The notes below the pieces were generated by a model. The model was not told where the DNA came from. It was given only the letters and a program-made list of their open reading frames with translations, and ran no database searches. The position numbers were made by a program, and so were the translations under genes. A stretch of 55,312 nt of DNA, filler included, from Stramenopiles sp. TOSAG23-3 (Eukaryota): assembly GCA_900128585.1 (NCBI GenBank). It is 4 parts of 4 records of this genome, joined end to end, with 100 filler letters (N's around TTAATTAATTAA, not from the genome) between each part and the next. Parts side by side here need not be neighbours in the genome. Positions count along the whole stretch, not along the records: positions 1 to 25,477 come from LT642288.1; 3 more parts are not named here. One strand, written 5' to 3'. Positions 9,584-20,708 of the stretch are shown in pieces; the first letter of the stretch is position 1, and each line of letters begins with the position of its first letter.

Positions 9584-12016
9584 TTATACATTCAGGTTAG
9601 GGTTGCGGCGTCCACCAGCACTGGTAGTCGGTCGCTCCCCGTCCCTACTTTTGGGGGTTTCGATGACTGTGCCACTGTCCATAAAAACACACATGTCATC
9701 TGGGTTGTAGACATTATCCAACTCGTCCTCTACCAAATGCTCTGACTCGGTGAACAAAATTGTGCTGCAGTTTCCCAGATCCCCGTCCACCCCGCATTCT
9801 TTTGCTTTCCGCAAACTTCCACGGTACACCAGCAGATCGTCGATGAGAATCTCTATTTCATTTACCCCTCGGGACGGCGTCTTTGAGTAGTTCCATATCT
9901 TAATCTTCGACAGGGTGATGGGAGCGTCCAAATACACAAACATTTTGTTCGATTCCGCAGGGTCGTACGGAGAGAGCCACAAATGGTTGTCGTCGCTCGA
10001 TTCGTTGATCCCATCGTACAGCTTGTCCAAGGTTCGAACGTCCTTTACGCCTGACTTTATGACGAAATCTAAATTATTAATGTCTTTTGGCAGTGCGTCC
10101 ACGTTCGACGAGTCCAAATGAACCAGTCGGTTGTTCTCGTCGTAGAGCTCGAGCCCGTTCAACCCCACGTAGTGCGGGTCACCGTATGTGTTGAGCAAGA
10201 CGAATTTGAATATACACCCGCAAGGAAGAAGGGGAGTCTCGTACTGCTGCTGGGTCCTGTTCTCGACCACCGTCGACAACTGCTTCAAATCAACGTGGGT
10301 GGAGCCCGCAACGACGCCGCGAAATGGGGCAGACTTCGGTCTGTTCTTCTTGCTTGTGCGTTTCGACAAGGGTTTCTTGTTCGAGACGATGGACAGCAGT
10401 AAATTCGCCGTCGAGTTCGACCCGTGTCCTGTTATTCCAAGCTGCTGTTTCTGTCGCTGCAGCTGCGACGGCTTATTGCGGCCGCCCGCGGCTGTCAGCG
10501 GCCTTCCGTCGGCGCCGATGCCCGTTGTGTCGCTCGATTCGCTCGAACCATGGTCCCGGTGCCTGCCGCCGCTGCCTTCATCGTTGCCAATTATTCCACT
10601 ACTGACCCCTGCGGTTCGTGGGCGCTCCGCAGAGTGAGGGCCTACGCCCCCCCACCCATGGCGCCATTGCGACTCTAGGTCCATCCCCCAATCGTCGCGC
10701 TGGGTCGCCAGCTGCGTGTTCTCGGGGTGTTTGTCGTACCGCTCAATGATTCGCAGGACGTTTTCGTCCGTGGTGAACAATATACACTCTGCGCATGCAC
10801 TGGAACCGAGCATGGCCCCCGGGGCGCGCTGAATTTCCCCTTTGAAAATGTACTGCCCGTCCAGCTTGACCTCCACGTACCGCGCGCCTCGATAACTGTG
10901 AATCCTGGACTTGTTGTAATTCCAGAACCGCATCATTGAAATGGAGACCTTGGTGTCAAAGGTGAGGAAAATGCAGTGGTCGTTTCCTTGACGAAACGGG
11001 GCCAACCATGCGTGCATGTCGTCACACGTATGGTTGTGCCCATCTACCAATTTGTCTACCGTTCGAGGATCACTCTCGTACTCTGGGAGCACATTTATAT
11101 CCGGGGGGTCAGCTTCCAGCTGCTCGTCCGTATTCGAGAGCACTACCAAGTGACCATTGCTATCAAAAATTTCCAAGCCCATCAACCCAACGTAGTACGG
11201 GTCTCCCCAGGTGGACAATATGTTCACTGTGAGGTTGTGTCCCTTCGGCAACACTGGTATTTCAAAATTCGTGGATTCAACGGCGATTACCGAGTCTCCC
11301 GAGATGCTCTCCATCGGCTCGTGCACTTTAAACACCTGCCTACTCTTGCTGTCTGCGTCTCCGAACGATCCACTGTTCTCCTCGAGAGACATGACTTCAA
11401 TGCTGTTGCTACCACCACGATTGCCGGCGTAGGCCTCGCTTCTCCCGAGGCCGTTGTCCACGAAGCTGGCTTCGTCCGAATCGTCGATGTTGACGAAATG
11501 AACGGAGCCGGTGTTGCTGTCGTGAAAACTAATAGCTCCGTCGGTGCTGTCCCCAGCGTCAGCCTCTAGCCGTCGCCCTAAATTCGTTCGAGAGAAATGG
11601 TGCAGGGACTTCCAAGAATCCTCTAAAGACATTTTCTTCCCGTTCTTGTTGCTCGGGGACTTGGTCGATTTCTTGGCGCGTCTCCTGCTGCGCCGTTGCT
11701 TCCGCGCCTTCTTGTCATCCCCCCCGGGCCCTGCGTCCCCTGGTGATTTTTGCGATGTTTTCTTCGCCCAGGTCCCGGTCGATATCGGCGCGTGCGGGCG
11801 GGCGGCAGGTTCGCTGTTCGCGACGTCCTTGGCAATATGGAGCACGGCGGCTTCTGCGGCGGCCAGGCGTGAGCCTGACCGTGGAGGCAGCCGGGGAAGG
11901 CGCTGCCTTGTCTGTGACGAGTCATCATCAAGACTGTGAACCAACCAATCGGGCACAGAGTGTGGTCTAATTCCAGCATTGTTTGTGGCCGCAACCAAGC
12001 TATCTAGTTCGTCCAT
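9584..12016 (-). CDS. KATNIP: Katanin-interacting protein (KIAA0556/KATNIP)-like, two DUF4457-type repeats
   Basis: Two internal repeats: ILSTWGDPYYVGLMGLEIFD...RFWNYNKSRIHSYRGARYVEV and LLNTYGDPHYVGLNGLELYD...KIWNYSKTPSRGVNEIEI. Confidence 0.88.
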   Translation of the reverse strand: MDELDSLVAATNNAGIRPHSVPDWLVHSLDDDSSQTRQRLPRLPPRSGSRLAAAEAAVLHIAKDVANSEPAARPHAPISTGTWAKKTSQKSPGDAGPGGDDKKARKQRRSRRRAKKSTKSPSNKNGKKMSLEDSWKSLHHFSRTNLGRRLEADAGDSTDGAISFHDSNTGSVHFVNIDDSDEASFVDNGLGRSEAYAGNRGGSNSIEVMSLEENSGSFGDADSKSRQVFKVHEPMESISGDSVIAVESTNFEIPVLPKGHNLTVNILSTWGDPYYVGLMGLEIFDSNGHLVVLSNTDEQLEADPPDINVLPEYESDPRTVDKLVDGHNHTCDDMHAWLAPFRQGNDHCIFLTFDTKVSISMMRFWNYNKSRIHSYRGARYVEVKLDGQYIFKGEIQRAPGAMLGSSACAECILFTTDENVLRIIERYDKHPENTQLATQRDDWGMDLESQWRHGWGGVGPHSAERPRTAGVSSGIIGNDEGSGGRHRDHGSSESSDTTGIGADGRPLTAAGGRNKPSQLQRQKQQLGITGHGSNSTANLLLSIVSNKKPLSKRTSKKNRPKSAPFRGVVAGSTHVDLKQLSTVVENRTQQQYETPLLPCGCIFKFVLLNTYGDPHYVGLNGLELYDENNRLVHLDSSNVDALPKDINNLDFVIKSGVKDVRTLDKLYDGINESSDDNHLWLSPYDPAESNKMFVYLDAPITLSKIKIWNYSKTPSRGVNEIEILIDDLLVYRGSLRKAKECGVDGDLGNCSTILFTESEHLVEDELDNVYNPDDMCVFMDSGTVIETPKSRDGERPTTSAGGRRNPNLNV

Positions 12017-12787
12017 GGTTCGCCGTCAGCTGTCGAATGGCACGGTTACTTCCTACGGAGGGAAAGGTCACTCGCACCTCCTGGGTATCAAAGGAACAAC
12101 ACACCCAACTTTTCCAAAAATAAATCCTTACTCTAGAATCAATTAAAGTAATATTTACACTATTCCCTTCGTCCGTTCATTTCCTATTTATATTATATTT
12201 ATTACATTGTTGACCTCCTCAACGTAACGGACGGGAGGAAGAATTTGAAATTATAATTATTATTAATAAAAAATAATAATAAATATAATAATAATAAAAT
12301 AGAAGACATTTTTTTTACAAGAAGAGAGGAGGAGGAGGAGGGGAGCGGACGGACATTCAATTTTAAATAGTTTATAGCTACTAGAACGACTAATTTAAAT
12401 TAACTCCTCCTAGGTAGTTTTTTACCTAGCTAGTCTATTATATAGTTACAGTACGAGGAGCTATAAAATAGTCTAAATAAAGGCTGATGATGAGATGAAT
12501 GAATGAGGAGATTTCAGATTTATTTTGGACTTTTATTTTAAATTATTATTCATCTTTTTCTTCTTGTTCTTTTTCTTTCTTCTTTCTTCTTCTTACCACA
12601 ACAACGACCGTTTGTTGTTGGTTGCTTGGTAATAAATTAATAACTATATTATACTAGCTGTGAGAGGATTTTTAAAACTTACTATTCATGGAAAGCAATT
12701 ATTCTAAATTGTATGGACGTACTGAATGAGTGACTTTTATTAGTACGGAAGTTTTTGTTTTAGTAGTTTTTGAACTTCTTGTTTGTT

Positions 12788-13786
12788 ATGGATCTTGCCG
12801 TGAACGGGGAAGTGTATTTGGACCAGTGTAGGCCTGCTCCGACGAATCCGTCTGGGGGGCGTGTCTTGTCGATACAGTCTCACACGGTCCATGGGTATGT
12901 TGGGAACAAGAGTGCTGTTTTCCCCCTGCAACTTTTGGGCTTTGACGTTGATCCTGTAAATAGCGTGCAGTTTAGTAACCATACGGGCTACGGTGAATTT
13001 GCAGGTCAAGTCTTGGGGGGGTCGGAATTAGATACGTTAATTGATGGCTTAGGAAACATCGGTGCTTATCCGCTTTACACTCACATGTTAACTGGATATA
13101 TTGGGTCGACGACATTTTTGAAGGCTGTTCTCAACACGATCAGCAAAATTAGAAATGTGAACCCAGACTTGATCTATCTTTGCGACCCCGTCTTGGGAGA
13201 CAACGGAAAGCTTTACGTTCCGGAAGATTTGGTACGAGTTTATCGCGAGGAGGTCTTGTGCTGTGCCACCATACTGACACCGAACCAGTTCGAGTGTGAA
13301 CTTTTGACCGGAATAAAAATTAATTGTCGCTCGGATGCACTGAAAGCCTGCCGATCCTTGCACTCGAAGGGGGTCGCAGTTGTCTTGTTGACCAGCCTAG
13401 ACCTCGACAAGGGCACCGGTAATTCGCTGGTGCTCATGGTTAGTAAAGATACTTCAAACGGCAAGGAGGCCTTTGAATTGTCGGTTCCGAAACTAAACGG
13501 GTACTTCACCGGGACCGGGGATCTGATCGCCTCCAATTTTTTGGCATGGTACTACCGATACCCCGACAACATTCCACTTGCGTTAGAGCTGGCCGCGTCC
13601 ACGGTCCAAGGGGTTCTGGTTAACACGATTGAGTACGCAAAGGAGCACCCTCCGTCCTCGCTGGTGGGAAAAGGACGTGGAAACCCACCCCCAGAGCTTC
13701 GCCTTGTCCAAAGCAAAAGGCAAATCGAAGCGCCGAAAATAATTGCACGAGCAAAGCGAATCGACCTGGCGTCTACGAGCTCGTAA
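12788..13786 (+). CDS. PDXK: Pyridoxal kinase
   Basis: RVLSIQSHTVHGYVGNKSAVFPLQLLGFDVDPVNSVQFSNHTGY, CDPVLGDNGKLYV, TPNQFE, FTGTGDL, ELRLVQS. Confidence 0.96.
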   Translation: MDLAVNGEVYLDQCRPAPTNPSGGRVLSIQSHTVHGYVGNKSAVFPLQLLGFDVDPVNSVQFSNHTGYGEFAGQVLGGSELDTLIDGLGNIGAYPLYTHMLTGYIGSTTFLKAVLNTISKIRNVNPDLIYLCDPVLGDNGKLYVPEDLVRVYREEVLCCATILTPNQFECELLTGIKINCRSDALKACRSLHSKGVAVVLLTSLDLDKGTGNSLVLMVSKDTSNGKEAFELSVPKLNGYFTGTGDLIASNFLAWYYRYPDNIPLALELAASTVQGVLVNTIEYAKEHPPSSLVGKGRGNPPPELRLVQSKRQIEAPKIIARAKRIDLASTSS

Positions 13787-13812
13787 GATGAACAGTAGAT
13801 CCTAGGTATGAT

Positions 13813-14230
13813 AGTATCTTTGGCGCGGAATTGAAAAATGGAAAAGGACTTTGTGCTAACTATTTGAAACGCAGAGATCTTTAATGAAAAAAAGATAACT
13901 TTTACAATTTAAAATCATCAAAAGTCTTTTGAGATACACAAAATTGTGTGCCATTTCACAAAAATTGTCCTTTGGAACCACATTTCCAAGTCAATTGCTG
14001 AAGGCAAACAATTTATAAACGTTCGTTAAGGACTGGACATCGTAACGGAAACGATTGCCTGATCTAAAATTATGCAGATAGGGGTCCCCCCTTGCTTTCT
14101 TTTGTCATTTTCTTCCTGAGCACTTCCATACTTTGAAATTCGAGGCGGAATTTTTTTCGCGCTGGGGACACTGAACACTTTTTATTCTTAAAAGAAAACA
14201 ACGCCGGTCGTCTTTTTATTTATTTTTTTA
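13813..14230. repeat. Dispersed repeat family A, copy 2
   Basis: Same orientation and same block order as 5054-5558; starts 27 bp after the PDXK stop codon. Confidence 0.85.
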
Positions 14231-14325
14231 CAACGAGAGTATTATCTATTACAGCAGGGGAATAGTATTAACATCAAAATATTAATATTATAAACGTCAG
14301 AAAAACTTCAACCTGCCAACGTAGA

Positions 14326-15105
14326 CTAGTCTTTGCTGAGTTTTCGCTTTCTTGAACCCCTGCGCGCTGTAACAGCCTTGGGGAGGCGTCCGAGGATCAT
14401 GTCGTAGTCAAAAAGCGAAAAAATATTAACGTCATCCACGACTCCATCCATGAGGCCAATTTTTTTTAATTCCATGTCACTTCTGTCACAGCTTCGGTCG
14501 ACAAGGTACAATGCGTGCTGGACGACTATGTTGTACTCTTCCTTCAAAAATTTTATTGCATCCCGCAGGGAGGACCCGGTGGAGTTGACATCGTCAAGGT
14601 AAACACATTTCAGTCGAGGAGAGCCCGAATTCCGGTTCGTTAAAAACTGAGGACCTTCCAGCTGCTGGCATGTGCCCGTCTTCTTCTTCGATTTTCGACA
14701 GTATATAAAATTAGGTACAAAGTGGGGTGTGTGCAGTGCCGCAGTAGCTGCGAGCTGTGCGACCATTATTCCACCCGCCGTTTCCATTCCCACCACCAGC
14801 AATGGCTTATCCTCTGTGTGAGCGCCTTGAAACCTGCTGCTCAGAACGTCGAGCAACATCCGCGTAATAGTTGGGGCAATGTGTTTGTCTATAAAGTTTG
14901 TTGAAGCGTTTAGGTAGCACGGCAGTTCCACCCCACTCGTCGAAAGGAACGGTCCAACCTTTGTATTCCTCACTAACGCGTCAAGGACATCATCGTAATC
15001 TTTTTCGTTTCGTAGCATCCCCTTTACGGTCCCTTCGGTTGCCGCAAAGCTCTGGCGCGCGCGACAAACCCTGCGCTCGTAAACCTCTTTACTGTTGAAC
15101 GACAT
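14326..15105 (-). CDS. Type I phosphoribosyltransferase, orotate PRTase-like
   Basis: PRPP-binding loop VYLDDVNSTGSSL; GPFLSTSGVELPCYLN resembles the OPRTase hood; VVGMETAGG and YCRKSKKKTG. Start placed at ATG 15105; upstream ATGs lie in AT-rich sequence. Confidence 0.75.
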   Translation of the reverse strand: MSFNSKEVYERRVCRARQSFAATEGTVKGMLRNEKDYDDVLDALVRNTKVGPFLSTSGVELPCYLNASTNFIDKHIAPTITRMLLDVLSSRFQGAHTEDKPLLVVGMETAGGIMVAQLAATAALHTPHFVPNFIYCRKSKKKTGTCQQLEGPQFLTNRNSGSPRLKCVYLDDVNSTGSSLRDAIKFLKEEYNIVVQHALYLVDRSCDRSDMELKKIGLMDGVVDDVNIFSLFDYDMILGRLPKAVTARRGSRKRKLSKD

Positions 15106-15943
15106 TGCAAACTTGCAGTTGCGGGTCGAAACTTTCCACCTGTGTTTCAGTACAATTAACAGGGTCGAAAGATACGCTGGAATCTTGCTCGCGATTCGCT
15201 CTGCACGTATGGGATAGAATGAAGCAGGTAGTGTTTGACCATGTTCCTTTCTCAATCTGAACGAATACATTATTTTGAAAACTATAGGTAAATTCAAATG
15301 CAATTGTATTTGAAAATACCGTATATACTTACTTGCACACGCTGCCACCGCCGATCTTAATTGTTGTTTTTTGTTTCAATCAACAAAAACAAAAACAAAA
15401 AAAAGAAAAAAAAAAAGGAAGAGGTGGGGGGCGGGAGGAGGGATGAGGAATGAGGGGAAGGACGCGTTTCTCGTCGTTATTTGTATTTTAAAATGTCTAT
15501 CAAACATTGTACTTATAATAATCCGTTTCAGTTTTCATCATGATGATTTTATTAATAGCTGCTAAAACTGTTGTTAAATATTCAGTTAATAAAAAAAAAG
15601 AAATTAAAATAAACATGAAAATAGAAAGGGAGGAAGGAAGAGACGAATTTATCATATTATTTTTATGATGTGAGAAAGAAGAAGACACCGCAGAAGAACA
15701 GAATCAATTTAAATTTTAAGTTCACATTTGTTACGTACACTTGTTTCAGGGAAAACATTGATGAGGAAGACAGAGTAGATTTAAAAACAAGCGAAAAGGC
15801 ACCCGATTTTCACGTCACATTCGAAAAGTGAGATCAAATTAAGTTGAACATATCAATTTGTCAAGTTAAGAACATTCACACCTTCAATTGTTTTTTGAAC
15901 ATATCAAGTTGTCAAGTTAAGCCTTTAATATACTAACACAGCC

Positions 15944-16310
15944 ATGGCCCGAGCACTTTCTCGAGAACAGGAAAACGAGTTGAGAAAGACTTTCGACGAC
16001 CACGGTAAGTTAAATCTGCTAAAAAGAAAACAAAACAAAACTAAAAAACATTCTCCAACAACAAAACCATCATTCATAAAAACAAAACAAAACTAAAAAA
16101 CATTCTCTAACAACAAAACCATCATTCATAATTACAGATGAGGATGGTAGTGGTGCGATTGATATAACTGAGTTCGAACGTATCGCTATTGATCTTGGGG
16201 AGCCCTTGTCTCACGAAGAGTTGCAAGAAATTGTAAAAGATTTGGACAAAGATGGCTCGGGAGTTGTGTCGTACGACGAATTCATTCGTTGGTGGAGAAA
16301 GACGACCTAA
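15944..16310 (+). CDS. Small two-EF-hand calmodulin-like Ca2+-binding protein (77 aa, 2 exons: 15944-16004 and 16138-16310)
   Basis: GCCATGG start; intron GTAAGT(16005)...CTAAC...TTACAG(16137). Spliced product MARALSREQENELRKTFDDHDEDGSGAIDITEFERIAIDLGEPLSHEELQEIVKDLDKDGSGVVSYDEFIRWWRKTT with EF loops DEDGSGAIDITE and DKDGSGVVSYDE. Confidence 0.92.
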
Positions 16311-16423
16311 GTCCGCCGGATTTTGATGAACGGCCCCGTCCGGCGCGGGCAAGGACCCGCACACCCAGACGCGAAAAAATAAAAAATCAATTAAAAAAAT
16401 AACAGCTAAAATTGTTACAGTAT

Positions 16424-18220
16424 TTATCTACTGATCACTGCCACTCTCGCTTCCCCTTCCACGTCCTCGTTACTGCTATCCCATTCGTCCTCTTCATCTT
16501 CGGACGAAGATTCCATCGGGTAATCGATTTCATACTTTCGCACGTACTCTTCATCCCCCAAGTCTTCCAGTTCAAATTTGACAAGCTTGATGTACTGCCG
16601 TCTGCCAAAGCGCTGCATAAAACCGTAGAACATGTCACTGTCTATCCACGCCGATTCCGATTTGGTCGCTCGCATGAGCTCTTGACGAAACTTTTCGGTT
16701 CGATCTGCAGCAGCGCCCTTCAGTGTTTCGATCGTGTTCGAAATTTCCGACTCGTGCCCGTCCTCGTTGATTGCTTGGACCGTTAAATCTGTGTATTCAA
16801 TGTCCGACACTAGGCCTTCCACGTTGTGGGAAAGGGTTGGGCTGCCAGTCAGGATCGTAATCGTTTGCTCAGACTCTTCTGGTCTACCCCCGAACCCAGC
16901 CCCAGCAACTTCCTCAACCATTACGCACTTGTAACTGATTTTGTATTCCTTTATTGGGGAGCCACCCGTTCGCAATGGGGCGCACCAAAACAGCGTGCAA
17001 GATGTGACAAGCGGGGGCTTATGCCTCAAGAACAGCGGGGGAGAGGGCTTGCTTCCAACTTTCAAAGACACGGTCTCGATAACATTGCTGGGCTCGCCCC
17101 ACCCCACATCGTTTCGTGCCCGAACAGAAAAGTTCACATACTCTGCACCTGCCTTGAGATGCTCCAGGTTGAATCCAAAACTTGGCACGGGCGTTTTGTG
17201 GCACCATCGTGCGCAAAGCACGGGTTGCTGCTTGATATAATGACGGATAATTTTCTTCCCTACCACTTCTTTCTCGCAGTAGCTGTACTGTATTTCGTAC
17301 TCAAAAATGGGAAGACCACCGTTAAACAACGGCGGTTCCCAAGACAAGGGGACCGACCAAGACGTGCTGTTGCCACAAACTTGAAAATTTTGCGGGGACT
17401 GCGGCGCTTCGTAGCTTGGCACAATCCTTTGGCGCTCCGCTTCGCGCGCCTGACACTTTCGAGTGTGCTCTGCGATCCTTTCGGACATGACTGGTCGTTC
17501 ACATATGCTGCAGGGAGTCGTTTTGAAAGGTTTTAGCACGCCCACAAAGTTTTCTTCCTTAATGGCAACTGCCAACTGACTCGTCTCTCTCCCATTCTCT
17601 TTCGCTCGTTCGTCGCACTTTTTTTTATGCGTTTTGTACCTGTATTTTAAAACGCGCTGCTTGCATACTGGGCAGTTCACAAAAGGGGATACTTCTGTCT
17701 TCTCAATATCATCCGCCAGTTCCTTCGATGCTGATTTAATGTCTGCTTCTTTATTTATTTCTTGCCTTAACTTTTTAATTCTATGCGTCAATTCGTCGAG
17801 GCCCCGCAGTTTGTCATGCATTTTCCCGATTGTATTTTTGTAACCCGTCTCCATTTCGCGCAGCTTCTCTTCGGACTCCCAGGTTTTGCAAGAGGCCGTC
17901 ATGATCAGCCCCAAACTTTTCTGCTGATTCAATATTTCTTCCGCCTCTTTCCGTTCCTTTCTCCACGCTGCTTTTCGTGCTACTTGCATCCGATGATGAC
18001 GTTTCTTAATCATTTCCTTTTCATGGAAAATTTTAGCTTCCATTTCGGCCTTTCTTTCCGCAAACCGTTTCCGCATTCGTTTGTTTAATTTTGCTGCCCG
18101 CCAATGGTCGAATTCACCAACACGCTTGGCATTGTCCAATGCGTCCAATGTCGCGCTAATTTTATTCGATTCTTCGTCTGTTTCCGCCAATGCAACTTCA
18201 TCTGACGCCGTCGAAGACAT
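16424..18220 (-). CDS. Coiled-coil + two C2HC-type zinc fingers + two fibronectin type III domains protein
   Basis: CPVC...HKKKC and CSIC...HTRKC; FN3 signatures LSWEPPLFNGGLPIFEYEIQY...VRARNDVGWGEPS and FWCAPLRTGGSPIKEYKISY...VQAINEDGHESEIS. Confidence 0.85.
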   Translation of the reverse strand: MSSTASDEVALAETDEESNKISATLDALDNAKRVGEFDHWRAAKLNKRMRKRFAERKAEMEAKIFHEKEMIKKRHHRMQVARKAAWRKERKEAEEILNQQKSLGLIMTASCKTWESEEKLREMETGYKNTIGKMHDKLRGLDELTHRIKKLRQEINKEADIKSASKELADDIEKTEVSPFVNCPVCKQRVLKYRYKTHKKKCDERAKENGRETSQLAVAIKEENFVGVLKPFKTTPCSICERPVMSERIAEHTRKCQAREAERQRIVPSYEAPQSPQNFQVCGNSTSWSVPLSWEPPLFNGGLPIFEYEIQYSYCEKEVVGKKIIRHYIKQQPVLCARWCHKTPVPSFGFNLEHLKAGAEYVNFSVRARNDVGWGEPSNVIETVSLKVGSKPSPPLFLRHKPPLVTSCTLFWCAPLRTGGSPIKEYKISYKCVMVEEVAGAGFGGRPEESEQTITILTGSPTLSHNVEGLVSDIEYTDLTVQAINEDGHESEISNTIETLKGAAADRTEKFRQELMRATKSESAWIDSDMFYGFMQRFGRRQYIKLVKFELEDLGDEEYVRKYEIDYPMESSSEDEEDEWDSSNEDVEGEARVAVISR

Positions 18221-18919
18221 CGCAGGGCTCTATCTCTAAATGCTGGATTGGAACGCTCAAGGAAAGAAAATACTCTTGGCATAGCCCGGAAAGCAATGAA
18301 ATGAATTTTGTCGAAGAACAACTAACAATCTGATTTCGTTACATTCCTGCCTTGTTTATCTGAATGTATGCTCGTACCGGTACATGATTATGTATTTTTT
18401 CTCCTTCTTTTTAAAAATATTTTGTTATTTATTTGCAATATCTCGTCGTACCATACAGGAGTCGTCTATTATAATATTTTGCAGCAGCTATATTTTATAT
18501 TTAATGAACACAGCACTTAGAATAAGAGTGGTAACTAATGGTCCCATTAAAGTAGTGATATTAAATAGTGTTTCCTGAGGAATCTTAATTCTTAATGCAC
18601 TTATAATAAAATAAAAAAAACATGAGAATTTGCTTTTTTGAGAATAACGGCAAACTTCAAACTTCGTTAGTAGCCAGCAATTAAAAACGTTACAACAAAA
18701 TTCATATTTTTTAATGCACCACACAGCGTTAGAAAAAAGGAAGAGGACGATGCTAAAAATTTACAAGGGGAGAGAAAATGCATGGCATGATCATTTTTGA
18801 GCAGTCAATTATTTAAATCTTAAAAAATGGTCGTTGGGACCAGCTCGTATTTAGGTAAATTATATGCAATACTTAAATTTTGCCGGAAACACGGAGAGCG
18901 TGTTTGAAAAGAGAGTCGT

Positions 18920-19618
18920 CTACTGCTGCGTTTTCAAGAACTCGCTCAACTGTGCATTCTGCCTTTGAATAAAGTCCCTCTCTTTTAGCTGTTGATCTAA
19001 TGCGTCCTGGGTTTTCCCAGTCTCCCTACTTTCCACAACTTTAGTTTTATCCTGTAAATCCAACGAGAGCCCTTTCAGCCGGTCGCGCTGTTTTTCTAAC
19101 TCTTTTACCCTAACCTGCAAATCTTCCACGGTGGTTTCTGCTTCGACTGCTTTTCTTGTCCCAAACGCGACAGCATTTAAATATAGAGTTTGGTACGCCG
19201 AAAGGCCCATTCTGATTTCATCACGAATGCGGAGCAACACAAGACCTCTTTCTGGCATTTCCAAGGTAATTTGACGCAAGAGTTCATCAAAGCACTGGGA
19301 GTACAGGTCTTCCCGCACTGGGCAAATCCCGTAATTGCGTGCCTGGCGTTTGGACAAGGCGTTGTCCAGGTTATCCTGCAACTCGAACACGTCGTCCCTA
19401 GTAGACTTGATGTTCGAGCAGAACTGTTTCCACGTATTACCGCTTTCATCTTCCAACGATAGCGGCGGCAACAGTGTATTTAAAACGTCGTTTGTATGCA
19501 CCCCTCCGTTCAGGGCAGCTTCTTTTGCCAACACGGCCTTTGCACCCATACCCGCCCCCTCCCCGTCACCTGTGTTGACCAAGAGAGGTTCGTCCCTCTT
19601 CACAAGCCCACCTTCCAT
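18920..19618 (-). CDS. DNALI1: Axonemal inner-arm dynein light chain p28 family
   Basis: LNTLLPP, RQARNYGICPVREDLYSQCFDELLRQITLEMPERGLVLLRIRDEIRMGLSAYQTLY, FGTRKA, C-terminal coiled coil. Confidence 0.93.
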   Translation of the reverse strand: MEGGLVKRDEPLLVNTGDGEGAGMGAKAVLAKEAALNGGVHTNDVLNTLLPPLSLEDESGNTWKQFCSNIKSTRDDVFELQDNLDNALSKRQARNYGICPVREDLYSQCFDELLRQITLEMPERGLVLLRIRDEIRMGLSAYQTLYLNAVAFGTRKAVEAETTVEDLQVRVKELEKQRDRLKGLSLDLQDKTKVVESRETGKTQDALDQQLKERDFIQRQNAQLSEFLKTQQ

Positions 19619-20708
19619 TCTTCCTGTGACCAATTTACACTTCTGACAAAACTTTACAAATCAAACGTGCAAGAACGCCTGTTTGTTTGTTTTTTAATGA
19701 CGAAGATTGTCTTTCCAAATGATGCAGTAATTCCCGTGGTATTTCTTTCTTTCAGTAAAGTATTATTAGGACTATGCATGCTAAATTGAGAAGAAAGCGT
19801 TACCTCTCCTCGCTTCTTCTTTTTTCACGACAACACTTTTCTGCTTTTCTTCTTCTTCTTCTTCCTTTTTGTGTGTTGTTGTTGTGTGTTTATTATTGTT
19901 GTATACGAGAATAAATAAAAAAAAAGACTTCATCATCATCATCCTCCTTTTATTAAAAAACATGAACACAGTATAAGAATGGAAAACGGCAGTTATACCG
20001 TGTGACCGACCGCCAACAAAAAAGGAAAAAGGAACGAAGGAAGTTCTGAAATCTCAAATCGAAAAAATGAAAAATCTGAAGAAATAGGTATATAAATATA
20101 TTCTAAATAGTACGTAAATACAAATACAAACACAGCTTCAACAAGAAAAAGAAAAGACAGCTGTGGAGATGTATGTGGAGAGAGAGTAGCGATACCTCCT
20201 TCTGTTAGGACGACCAACTATTATAATAAGTACGAATAATAGTATTCTCACATGCAAAACACTACATCCACCACAACTTGAAACCTCAACTCCTGGACTT
20301 GAAGAAGAAGGGAGGAAGAAAGAGCCCAGAAGAAGAAGACGAAGGAAATTAATCAGCAAGCAGAACAGCTGTTGTGCTGCCTGCCGCACAATGTACAATA
20401 TAATATAGAGATACCTGGTACTACCTACCAGAAATTCTACTACAACAACAAAAAATAATAATAAGAGAAAATAATATTATTTTTTATATTATAATAACGC
20501 ACCATCATCGACAAGGAACGCACGGAAAAAAAAAGATGAATAAAGAAACAAAACGCCCATCGATATTTCATGCTGGATATTTTTGGAAGTAGACGAAACA
20601 ATAAGCAGCTTTCATCTATTTTACTAACGGAGTCGTGTATTTTTGCCTGGCGATTACTTTTTACACTCTACGGTTTTGGTTCATTCATTTCCTGCTGCTG
20701 CAGAAAAA

